Shown here one piece after another: positions 1 through 8,363 of a stretch of DNA of 32,000 nt (position 1 is its first letter; every line of letters begins with the position of its first letter). Under the pieces are notes generated by a model. It saw nothing but the letters and a program-made list of their open reading frames with translations, did not search any database and had not been told where the DNA came from. Position numbers and translations under genes: made by a program. Source of the stretch: an uncultured bacterium (GTDB lineage Bacteria; Patescibacteriota; Gracilibacteria; UBA1369; PNNO01); assembly GCA_963704705.1 (NCBI GenBank), contig OY969931.1:870001-902000 (forward strand). The letters are read 5' to 3'.

Positions 1-2
1 TT

Positions 3-344
3 TTGGATGCTCAAAATGTAGCAATTGCAGAGCTTAAACACGGAACAACAGTTAAAAAAGTGGTTGAAGCTGCAATGAAGCCGATTAAGGAAAATGGTTA
101 TGAAAAGAATTTTCAGCATGCTTTGGGCCACGGAGTCGGCTTGGATATCCATGAACTTCCGAGTCTTGGAGTTGAAGAACCATACAAGCTTAAAGCCAAT
201 ATGATTACTACAATAGAACCGGGTATTTATCTACCTAAAAACTTTGGCGTTCGTATAGAAGATATGCTAATAATATCACGTACCGGAGCCCAGAATATTA
301 CAAAGGCTCCAAAAGAACTAAAAGATGTAATAATCAAAATATAA
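3..344 (+). CDS. M24-family metallopeptidase, Xaa-Pro aminopeptidase-like, C-terminal fragment (5' truncated by window edge)
   Basis: Motifs HALGHGVGLDIHE, TIEPGIYLP and GVRIEDM are typical of the M24 metal-binding core. The frame is open at the window start. Confidence 0.88.
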   Translation: MDAQNVAIAELKHGTTVKKVVEAAMKPIKENGYEKNFQHALGHGVGLDIHELPSLGVEEPYKLKANMITTIEPGIYLPKNFGVRIEDMLIISRTGAQNITKAPKELKDVIIKI

Positions 345-345
345 T

Positions 346-1656
346 ATGGCTAAAATCGCAGTAATTCTATTCCCTGGAACGAATTGTGAACTTGAGGCAT
401 TAAGGGCAATTGCAAGAAGCGGAATGGAGCCACAATTAATAAGATGGAATGAAGAAGCGGATTATTCGGGCTTTGACGGATTTTTTATTCCGGGCGGATT
501 TAGCTATGAAGACAGGGGCAGGTCAGGAATTATCGCATCAAAAAACCCTTTAATTAATAATATTAAAGAAGAGGCTGCAAAAGGAAAACCTGTTTTAGGA
601 GTTTGTAATGGAGCTCAGGTTGTTGTTGAGGCTGGTATGATTCCGGGGCTTGATCCAAAGCATGTAGAAATGGCTCTTGCATGGAACAAACGTGTTGATA
701 AAGACGGAAATATTTTAGGTACAGGATTTTATAATGACTGGATTTATATTAAGAACGCGGTTCCAAAAGGCCGCAGCGCATTTAACTATTATGATCAGGA
801 TCATTTACTTAGAATTCCTGTTGCGCATGGTGAAGGAAGATTCACATCAATTGATCCTGAAATGGAAGAGCTCTTATTAAAAAATCAGCAGACAGTATTT
901 AGATATTGTGACGAGAATGGCGAAATTCGTGAGGAATTCCCTGTGAATCCAAATGGTGCGATGTTAAATTTGGCTGGTGTTTGTAATCCTGAAGGAAATG
1001 TAATGAGTTTAATGCCGCATCCTGAAAGAACTGAAGTGGGCGACCCTATTTTTGAATCAATGAATGCTTATATTGGTAAGAGTTTTGAAATTGTTAAACC
1101 TGAAGGCATTGTTATGGAAAAACCTGCATACGAAACCGAAGGTGCCAAGGCTTACGATAAGCCGGATATTGAAGTTTTTGTAGATACTGTGATTACTGAT
1201 AATGAAGAAAGAACTCTTGAAGCTGCAATTCACAACTTGGGATTTGCGGATGCAAAACTTAAAAAACTTTTATATTACGGAATTAGAACTAATGGCAATG
1301 TTGATAAAGTTGAAACAGCAAACGAGCTTTTAAAGAGCGGTGAAATTGTTAATATGGCAAAAGAAATTCCTTTAATTAAAATAGAAGGTAAGTTTTATAG
1401 TTTTGATCCGGAACAAGGTTTAAGTGAAACAGACGGGAAATCAATTAATGCTGAAAGCTATTTAACTTTTAATAAAGAAGATACTGTTGGAGAAAGTAAA
1501 TTACAGACAATCAAACATCATTTTGAAATTAAAGGTGTTGATAGAATTCATGCAGGGAAAAAATGGTCGCTTTCGAGTGGCGCGCAGGAAGCTGAAAAGA
1601 TTGTTTCTACTTTAATCTTCCACAATCCACATTCAATGGATATTTATAAAGCTTAA
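346..1656 (+). CDS. purQ: Phosphoribosylformylglycinamidine synthase glutaminase subunit (PurQ) with C-terminal PurS-like extension
   Basis: Class I amidotransferase motifs: VILFPGTNCE, FIPGGFSYEDRGRSG, nucleophile GVCNGAQ, MPHPER. About 150 extra C-terminal residues (DIEVFVDTVITDNEERTLEAAIHNLGF...) look PurS-like. Confidence 0.88.
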   Translation: MAKIAVILFPGTNCELEALRAIARSGMEPQLIRWNEEADYSGFDGFFIPGGFSYEDRGRSGIIASKNPLINNIKEEAAKGKPVLGVCNGAQVVVEAGMIPGLDPKHVEMALAWNKRVDKDGNILGTGFYNDWIYIKNAVPKGRSAFNYYDQDHLLRIPVAHGEGRFTSIDPEMEELLLKNQQTVFRYCDENGEIREEFPVNPNGAMLNLAGVCNPEGNVMSLMPHPERTEVGDPIFESMNAYIGKSFEIVKPEGIVMEKPAYETEGAKAYDKPDIEVFVDTVITDNEERTLEAAIHNLGFADAKLKKLLYYGIRTNGNVDKVETANELLKSGEIVNMAKEIPLIKIEGKFYSFDPEQGLSETDGKSINAESYLTFNKEDTVGESKLQTIKHHFEIKGVDRIHAGKKWSLSSGAQEAEKIVSTLIFHNPHSMDIYKA

Positions 1657-1660
1657 AAAT

Positions 1661-3442
1661 ATGTGCGGAATATTCGCCTACAAAGGCCCTAGACAAAACG
1701 CAGCAGAACTTGTTATTAATGGCTTAAAAAAGCTCGAATACAGAGGTTATGATTCTTGGGGCGTGGCTTCAAAATGCAACGGAGAAATATCGATATATAA
1801 AGAAGTCGGCAAAATAAGCGACTTTGATTTTAATAATCCGCCTGAAGGCATCGATCTAAAACGTGCGTGCAATCTTGCAATGGGCCATTCACGCTGGGCC
1901 ACTCACGGGGGTGTAACAGTTGCAAATGCTCATCCTCATTTTTCTGCTGATAAGTCGATTGCTATTGTTCACAACGGAATTATTGAAAATTACATTGAGC
2001 TTCGTGATGAATTGAAAGCAAAAGGATACGAATTCAGGAGCGAAACCGACACCGAAGTTATTGCACAATTAATTCAGGAATATAAAAAAGACGGACTTGT
2101 TGAGGCAGTTAAAAAAGCGATTGAAAGGCTGCATGGCCGTTATGCTATTTTGGTTATGAGCAATGATGATGACAGGCTTGTTGCGGCACGAAGAGGTTCA
2201 CCGTTGATTGTTGGAAAAGGAGAAAATGAATTTTTTATTGCTTCAGATATCCCGGCGTTTTTAGATTATACGCGCAATGTGATGTATTTGGATGATGACC
2301 AGATGGTTGTTATTAATAGTGAAGTTGAATTTTTTGATCTAAAAACAGGTGAAAAAATCGATAAACGCGTGGTAGAGATTGATTGGGACGCTGAAAGCGC
2401 TGAAAAGGGAGACTTCCCGCACTTTATGATTAAAGAAATAAGCGAACAAAAAGATACAATTGCGCGCGCTATCAATCAGGATGATGAAATGATAATGAAA
2501 ATTGCAGAAGAAATTAAGGGTGCTTACGGAACTTATATAATAGGATGCGGAACAGCTGGCAAAGTTGCTTTGGCAGGTTCTTATTTGTTTAGTAAAATCG
2601 CTGGAAGGCATGTTAATACAACTTTTGGAAGTGAATTCCCGAGTTTACAGGATTTTATTACTGAAAGAAGTTTGATAATCGCGATTTCGCAGTCAGGCGA
2701 AACCGCTGATACAATGGAAGCGCTGGAAATCGCAAAGAAAAAAGGCGCTAAAGTTCTTTCAATTATAAATGTTGAGGGTTCTTCGATGGATAGAATCTCG
2801 GATTACTCTATTCATATAAAAGCAGGACCTGAAAAAGCAGTTGCTTCAACAAAAGCAACAACAGCTCAAATGGCTATTTTAACTTTACTTGCATATGCCT
2901 GCGCAGGAAAACTTGATGAAGGCAAAATTTTACTTGTTGATACAGCAAGCAAAATCAATGACATGTTAAATCCGCGCTATGAAGAACATATTCATAAACT
3001 GGCTGAGCAAATTAAAGACCACGAAAGTATGTATGTTATCGGAAAAGGAATGAATTATCCAATGGCACTTGAAGCTGCAATTAAATTACAGGAGGTTAGT
3101 TATATTCATGCGGAAGGTTTTGCCGGAGGCGAACTTAAGCACGGTCCAATCGCGCTTATTCACGACGGTGTGCCTTGTATTGCACTTGTTTCAAATGACG
3201 AAACAAAGCATGAAATAATCAGCAATGCAATTGAGGTTGGTAGTCGCGGCGGTTTCATAATCGGGGTTTCGCCAGAAAATCACGAAGTATTTGATTACTG
3301 GATCAAAGTTCCGGATGGCGGCAATGCGAGTCCAATTATAAATATAATCCCTGTTCAGATTCTTGCATATCAGCTTGCTGTTTTACGTGAAAACAACCCG
3401 GATATGCCGAGGAATTTGGCTAAATCAGTAACTGTTAAATAA
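1661..3442 (+). CDS. glmS: Glutamine--fructose-6-phosphate aminotransferase (isomerizing)
   Basis: N-terminal MCGIFAY (Cys nucleophile), LEYRGYDSWG, HSRWATHG; two SIS domains; C-terminal NPDMPRNLAKSVTVK. Confidence 0.97.
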   Translation: MCGIFAYKGPRQNAAELVINGLKKLEYRGYDSWGVASKCNGEISIYKEVGKISDFDFNNPPEGIDLKRACNLAMGHSRWATHGGVTVANAHPHFSADKSIAIVHNGIIENYIELRDELKAKGYEFRSETDTEVIAQLIQEYKKDGLVEAVKKAIERLHGRYAILVMSNDDDRLVAARRGSPLIVGKGENEFFIASDIPAFLDYTRNVMYLDDDQMVVINSEVEFFDLKTGEKIDKRVVEIDWDAESAEKGDFPHFMIKEISEQKDTIARAINQDDEMIMKIAEEIKGAYGTYIIGCGTAGKVALAGSYLFSKIAGRHVNTTFGSEFPSLQDFITERSLIIAISQSGETADTMEALEIAKKKGAKVLSIINVEGSSMDRISDYSIHIKAGPEKAVASTKATTAQMAILTLLAYACAGKLDEGKILLVDTASKINDMLNPRYEEHIHKLAEQIKDHESMYVIGKGMNYPMALEAAIKLQEVSYIHAEGFAGGELKHGPIALIHDGVPCIALVSNDETKHEIISNAIEVGSRGGFIIGVSPENHEVFDYWIKVPDGGNASPIINIIPVQILAYQLAVLRENNPDMPRNLAKSVTVK

Positions 3443-3443
3443 T

Positions 3444-3698
3444 ATGTCTGAAATAAAACGAAAATGGGATTTGCTTTCAAAAGAAAAAAGAAAATCTGTT
3501 ATTGATGAAATCATTAGATTCTTCGAAAACGAACGCGATGAAGAGATAGGAATGCTTGCTGCTGAAGAAGTATTGGACTGCGTTTTAGAAAACGCTGCTT
3601 TGGAAATATATAGAAGCGGTGTTGAAGATTCAAAAAAACTTCTTCAAAAAAAGTTTGAAGATTTATCAATTGATTTGGATGTTTTGATGAATAATTAA
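3444..3698 (+). CDS. Small protein, DUF2164-like
   Basis: KRKSVIDEIIRFFENERDEEIGMLAAEEVLDCVLENAALEIYRSGVEDSKKLLQKK resembles the DUF2164 pattern. Starts 1 nt after the glmS stop. Confidence 0.7.
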   Translation: MSEIKRKWDLLSKEKRKSVIDEIIRFFENERDEEIGMLAAEEVLDCVLENAALEIYRSGVEDSKKLLQKKFEDLSIDLDVLMNN

Positions 3699-3905
3699 TT
3701 ACTCTTCGATATTCAACTTTGCTCGTGCCCAGACCGCTTCAACCATCCTTCTAATTAAATCACGTATTTCACCGTGAGCTGCTTTTTCTAATTCAAATTG
3801 GTCATCAGATACAGGCTCGTCACCGGGCCAAATTAGTTCTAAATCGCTTGTTCCATCTTCTTTATCAATAATTTGAAACCGAATTGTTTCTGATTCTTCT
3901 GACAT
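3699..3905 (-). CDS. Hypothetical small acidic protein (68 aa)
   Basis: Complete ORF in an otherwise unoccupied interval, with a good promoter-like sequence directly upstream. Confidence 0.55.
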   Translation of the reverse strand: MSEESETIRFQIIDKEDGTSDLELIWPGDEPVSDDQFELEKAAHGEIRDLIRRMVEAVWARAKLNIEE

Positions 3906-3911
3906 TTTGAG

Positions 3912-3933
3912 AATTGTTAAAATTATAACAATT
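3912..3933. repeat. Inverted repeat, 8-bp arms, 6-nt centre, overlapping the minus-strand -10
   Basis: AATTGTTA-AAATTA-TAACAATT, perfect arms. Confidence 0.5.
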
Positions 3934-3949
3934 AATATGATTTTATCAA
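3922..3949 (-). promoter_or_regulatory. Putative sigma70-type promoter for the 68-aa ORF
   Basis: Minus strand TTGATA (3944-3949), 16-nt spacer, TATAAT (3922-3927), with TG giving an extended -10 (TGTTATAAT). Confidence 0.55.
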
Positions 3950-3976
3950 CCTAAACTATCCAATCCACTATTTTTC

Positions 3977-3985
3977 TGGTATAAT
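3977..3985 (+). promoter_or_regulatory. Putative extended -10 element upstream of the 69-aa ORF/pyk unit
   Basis: TGGTATAAT, 24 nt upstream of the 4009 start. No good -35 seen. Confidence 0.4.
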
Positions 3986-4008
3986 AAATAGAAATAAATT
4001 CCAGATTA

Positions 4009-4218
4009 ATGACTGCTTTAACAACAGATCAACATATAGATAAGCTTCAGAACACATTTGAGATGACTTGTGACCAAATTCAGATGCAAACTGAACGTAT
4101 GCTTGATTTGGTACCAAAGCACGATATTGAAAGAAGACAAAAGATTTTGGATCTGCACAGGTTAAAGCTTCAAAAAGCTTTAGATGACCTAAATAATCAA
4201 TTATCTAAATTTTATTAA
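4009..4218 (+). CDS. Hypothetical small helical protein (69 aa)
   Basis: Complete ORF whose TAA overlaps the pyk ATG (TAATG), suggesting coupling. Confidence 0.6.
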   Translation: MTALTTDQHIDKLQNTFEMTCDQIQMQTERMLDLVPKHDIERRQKILDLHRLKLQKALDDLNNQLSKFY

Positions 4219-5591
4219 TGAGAGTTCAAAACACAAAATTCGTTTGTACGCTTGGACCTGCTTCAGAATCACCTGACGTTTTAGAAAAAATGATAAAAGC
4301 GGGAATGGATTGCGCAAGGTTAAACTTTTCACATGGAACTTATAGTAATCATGCGTTACTAATTAAACGAATTCGGGCTGCTGCAAAAAAAATCGGCGTA
4401 CCGTTGGCAATAATGCAGGATCTTCAGGGACCAAAAATACGAATAGGAGACATTAACGATACTGAAGTTAAAAAAGGTCAAACAATTATCCTAACTTGCG
4501 GACCAAAATCCAAAAACAAAATACCTGTGCAATACAAAGATTTATATAAAGACGTTAAAAAAGGACATCTTTTACTTGTTGACGATGGAAAAATAGAGTT
4601 AAAAGTTAATCGAAAATCAAATAAAGACATTATTTGTACTGTTTTAAATAACGGAATTATTAAAGCACATAAAGGAATTAATGTTCCGAACGGAACAATA
4701 TCAACATCCCCTATCACTCCAAAAGATAAAAAAGATTTAAAATTCGGATTAACTCAGGATATTGATTATGTTGCGCTTTCTTTTGTTAAAGAAGCAAAAG
4801 ATATGCATGATTTGCGTAAATTAATCGGCAAAAAACCAGTTAAAATCATTGCGAAAATCGAGAGGCGCGAAGCAGTTGAAAATCTTGAAGAAATAATTGA
4901 GGCCAGTGATGCACTTATGGTTGCTCGCGGAGATTTGGCTATGGAAATCGGTCCTGAAAAGGTTCCGGTGGTTCAAAAAAGAATGATTCATTTATGTAAT
5001 TTAGCTGGAAAACCTGTTATTACCGCTACTCAGATGCTTGCATCAATGGTGGAAAGTCCAACTCCGACACGTGCAGAGGTTAGTGACATTGCGAATGCTA
5101 TTTTTGATAATTCAGATGCAATAATGCTATCGAATGAAACTGCTGTGGGAACTTATCCTATTAAATCTGTTGAGATTTTTGCAAAGGTTGCTACAAATGT
5201 TGAACACGAACTTAAAAAGCACAGCGAACTTTTACCACCGCGATATATTGGTCAATCAGTTGAAGAAAACGATGCACTGGGACTTGAAGTTTGCGAACTT
5301 GCAGAATCAATTAATGCGAAAAAAATAATTATAATTACTGATAATGAAGAAGATGTTCAGTCTGTTTCGAAACACAGATGTTATATTCAAACAGTTGTAA
5401 TTACAAAGAATAAAAAACTTAGAAATCATTTAGCGCTTTTATGGGGAATTAACGATATTATTGAAGGTAAAATTACTCAAAATAATTACCTTAAAGATAT
5501 CCACAGGCTAATGCCTAAAGAAAAAGGCAAAAAAGCAGTCATTTTTTTGGCGATAGGTAAAGAAAAACATATTGTAACAAGCGCTATTTAA
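4218..5591 (+). CDS. pyk: Pyruvate kinase
   Basis: KFVCTLGPAS, MDCARLNFSHG, MQDLQGPKIRIG, MVARGDLAMEIG, ITATQMLASMVESPTPTRAEVSD. Confidence 0.96.
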   Translation: MRVQNTKFVCTLGPASESPDVLEKMIKAGMDCARLNFSHGTYSNHALLIKRIRAAAKKIGVPLAIMQDLQGPKIRIGDINDTEVKKGQTIILTCGPKSKNKIPVQYKDLYKDVKKGHLLLVDDGKIELKVNRKSNKDIICTVLNNGIIKAHKGINVPNGTISTSPITPKDKKDLKFGLTQDIDYVALSFVKEAKDMHDLRKLIGKKPVKIIAKIERREAVENLEEIIEASDALMVARGDLAMEIGPEKVPVVQKRMIHLCNLAGKPVITATQMLASMVESPTPTRAEVSDIANAIFDNSDAIMLSNETAVGTYPIKSVEIFAKVATNVEHELKKHSELLPPRYIGQSVEENDALGLEVCELAESINAKKIIIITDNEEDVQSVSKHRCYIQTVVITKNKKLRNHLALLWGINDIIEGKITQNNYLKDIHRLMPKEKGKKAVIFLAIGKEKHIVTSAI

Positions 5592-5624
5592 AAGTATTAT
5601 AGATAAGTCGATAATAAAAGCTTT

Positions 5625-6119
5625 ATGCGCATTTTAGGTATTGATCCAGGCACAGCTATAATTGGTTATGGAGTAATAAATGAAACAAATGAAAATTTTA
5701 ATGTAATTTCATACGGTTGTATCACCACTTCAAAGGATCAGCCTTTGGAAATGCGTCTTAAAGAAATAGCTTTTGATCTGCAGATAATTGTTAATAAATT
5801 TAAACCTGATTTTGCAGCAGTTGAAGAACTTTTCTTTTCAAAAAATGTTAAAACAGCAATTTCAGTTGCTCAGGCGCGAGGTGTAATTTTACAAAAACTT
5901 ACTGAACTTGGAGTTCCGCTCGCCTCTTATAATCCGATGCAGATAAAACAAGCGCTCTGCAGTGATGGCAAAGCAAAAAAAGATCAAATTCAGCGCATGG
6001 TTCAGATGCTTTTACAAATCGATCATATTCCAACTCCTGATGATGCTGCAGATGCTCTTGCAATCGCACTCACTCACGGACACTGCTTAAAAAATCAATC
6101 TTTATATCAAACAGCTTAA
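5625..6119 (+). CDS. ruvC: Crossover junction endodeoxyribonuclease RuvC
   Basis: ILGIDPGTAIIGYGV, FAAVEELFFSKNVKTAISVAQARGV, PDDAADALAIALTH. Confidence 0.95.
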   Translation: MRILGIDPGTAIIGYGVINETNENFNVISYGCITTSKDQPLEMRLKEIAFDLQIIVNKFKPDFAAVEELFFSKNVKTAISVAQARGVILQKLTELGVPLASYNPMQIKQALCSDGKAKKDQIQRMVQMLLQIDHIPTPDDAADALAIALTHGHCLKNQSLYQTA

Positions 6120-6126
6120 AATAATT

Positions 6127-7554
6127 ATGAGAAAATTCCTGACAATTTTAAATATTGTACTGCTTGGCACACTAATAGTTTTAACACTTTATGTTTTTGG
6201 AATTATTGACTTTCCATTTTTAAAAGGTAGTGAACCTGTAGTTGAAGAACCGATTCAAACACAGCAATTGACTGAGCCTGAAAAAATTGCCAGAAAAAAA
6301 TCTTATGAAGAACTTATTAATAAAGGTGATTTCTATTATCAAAGCGGACTTTATTCTATGGCAATTGATGCTTATACAAACGCCAGCGAACAGGAACCTT
6401 CTAAAATAGAACCTTTATTACGCATCGGAGAAATTCAGCTTCTTGAAAAAGAATATGAAAAAGCTAAAAATCTTGCATTAGAAGTAATAAAAATCAGCCC
6501 TACCAATGTTAATGGAAAATTAATTTTAGGTCGTGCAAATTTAGGACTTGAAGATTTCAGTGAGGCAAAAACTATATTTGATAATATAAATGTTGATGAT
6601 TCTTCGGTTTTATACTATCAGGGAATGATGGCACTTTATTTTGGTGATTATGAAAAAGCTCGCTCTTTGTTAAATAAATCAGTTGAAAATTCCACAATTG
6701 ATGAAATTAAAAATAACGCAAATAAATTATTAAGTGCAATGGATGAATTCGACAGATATCAGGCAGGTTTACATGAACATTTAAAAGTACTTGTAGCTCG
6801 GGCTATGGTACAGATTAATCAGCCTCAAATGGCAAAAGATTTAATTTGGAATGTACTTGAAACCAGGCGCGATTATCGTGATGCGTGGATAGTTTTAGGT
6901 TACAGTTATTTACAATTGGAAAAGTATCAGGATGCTGTTGATGCATTGGAAGAAGCTGCCCGTCAGGATCCGGAAAAACCGGAAACATTCTTTTATTTGG
7001 GACTTGCATATGCAGGAGTAGATGACCTCGACAAAGCGATTGAGAGCTTACAATTGGCTGCAAAATATGGATATGAACCTAAAATTCATGTCGAACAAAA
7101 ACTTGCTGAATTTTATTTCCAGGCTGAAGATTATCAAAATGCCAGTTCACTTTATGAAGATGTAATTAGTAAAAATCCAACAGATATTGAATACTTTGTA
7201 AGACCTGTTTGGGTTTATATAGATAAATTAAATGAACCTGACAAAGCTGTATCATTGGCTGAAAAAGCACTTGTATATCATCCTGATGATGCAATGAGTT
7301 ATAATTTGCTGGGTTGGGCCCAAGTTGCAAATAATGATTTCATTAATGCAAATAAAAATTTACAAAAATCATTAACAATTAATCCCGAGTTTGATGCACC
7401 ATATCTTAATTTAGGTTGGATGTATTACAAACAACAGCAATTTGGCAGAGCAAAAGATCTTTATAAAAAAGCTTATGAACTTGGCAACGGTTCAGCAGTA
7501 AGTAATCTTGCAGCAGAAAGATATAACGAACTACTCGTTAACATTCTTAATTAA
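6127..7554 (+). CDS. TPR-repeat protein with N-terminal transmembrane segment
   Basis: N-terminal hydrophobic segment ILNIVLLGTLIVLTLYVFGII followed by multiple TPR-like units. Confidence 0.85.
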   Translation: MRKFLTILNIVLLGTLIVLTLYVFGIIDFPFLKGSEPVVEEPIQTQQLTEPEKIARKKSYEELINKGDFYYQSGLYSMAIDAYTNASEQEPSKIEPLLRIGEIQLLEKEYEKAKNLALEVIKISPTNVNGKLILGRANLGLEDFSEAKTIFDNINVDDSSVLYYQGMMALYFGDYEKARSLLNKSVENSTIDEIKNNANKLLSAMDEFDRYQAGLHEHLKVLVARAMVQINQPQMAKDLIWNVLETRRDYRDAWIVLGYSYLQLEKYQDAVDALEEAARQDPEKPETFFYLGLAYAGVDDLDKAIESLQLAAKYGYEPKIHVEQKLAEFYFQAEDYQNASSLYEDVISKNPTDIEYFVRPVWVYIDKLNEPDKAVSLAEKALVYHPDDAMSYNLLGWAQVANNDFINANKNLQKSLTINPEFDAPYLNLGWMYYKQQQFGRAKDLYKKAYELGNGSAVSNLAAERYNELLVNILN

Positions 7555-7555
7555 A

Positions 7556-8362
7556 ATGGTTTTACCGGTTATTTTTTTATTTATTATAGGAACATTCTTT
7601 GGAAGCTTTTTAAGTGTTGTTATTTATAGAATTCACGAAAATAAAAAAGGGATTATTAAAGGACGCTCTGAATGCCCTCATTGCCATAAAAAACTCGCAA
7701 TGCGTGATCTGATTCCTATTTTCAGTTATTTGATTAATCGAGGGAAATGCAGAATATGTAAAAAGAAAATAAGTATTCATTATTTATTAATTGAATTATT
7801 GTGCGGAACTATTTTTGCTGCATTTTATATTTTGTATCCGTTTTTTATTTATGAATTTGGTAATTTAGCATGCAATTTCAATGCAGTCTTATTTTTAAAT
7901 TATATTTTTTATATAATTGTAAGTTTATTTTTGATTTTGATTTTCTTTTATGATCTTAAATATTTAGAAATACCTGAAATATTCTCGTTACCTGCAATCG
8001 CATTTGTATTTGTGATTGGGATTTTTTTAGCACATCCCGGTTTGTACAGCATGGTGATTGGTGGCGCGATTGGCGGACTTTTTTTTGGTTTCCAGTTTTG
8101 GATCAGTAAAGAAAAATGGCTTGGGTTCGGGGATGTTCAGGTTGGCATATTAATGGGGCTGCTGCTGGGATGGCAGATGTTATTATTGGGATTATTCATT
8201 ACCTATATTATTGGTTCTATAATAAGTTTGATTTTAATGTCTTTTAAAAAAGTTGGATTAAAATCTCAAGTACCTTTTGCTCCGTTTATGATTATTGGTA
8301 TTTTTATTACAATATTTTTCGGAGAATATTTATTGAATTTATACTTAAACACAATATATTAA
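7556..8362 (+). CDS. Prepilin peptidase (A24 family)
   Basis: GTFFGSFLSVVIYRI; CPHC...CRIC cysteine pairs; FGDVQVGILMGLLLG; multiple TM segments. ATG at 7556 is preferred over the track start 7508, which overlaps the preceding gene. Confidence 0.92.
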   Translation: MVLPVIFLFIIGTFFGSFLSVVIYRIHENKKGIIKGRSECPHCHKKLAMRDLIPIFSYLINRGKCRICKKKISIHYLLIELLCGTIFAAFYILYPFFIYEFGNLACNFNAVLFLNYIFYIIVSLFLILIFFYDLKYLEIPEIFSLPAIAFVFVIGIFLAHPGLYSMVIGGAIGGLFFGFQFWISKEKWLGFGDVQVGILMGLLLGWQMLLLGLFITYIIGSIISLILMSFKKVGLKSQVPFAPFMIIGIFITIFFGEYLLNLYLNTIY

Positions 8363-8363
8363 T

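Noticed and set aside
2266-2611. Antisense ORFs inside glmS (2266-2475 and 2339-2611)
   Set aside because: They lie wholly within a strongly supported gene, have low-complexity hydrophobic translations and resemble no family. Spurious.
4478-5328. ORFs nested in pyk (4478-4717 on -, 5134-5328 on +)
   Set aside because: Contained within conserved pyruvate kinase sequence and out of frame. No independent support.
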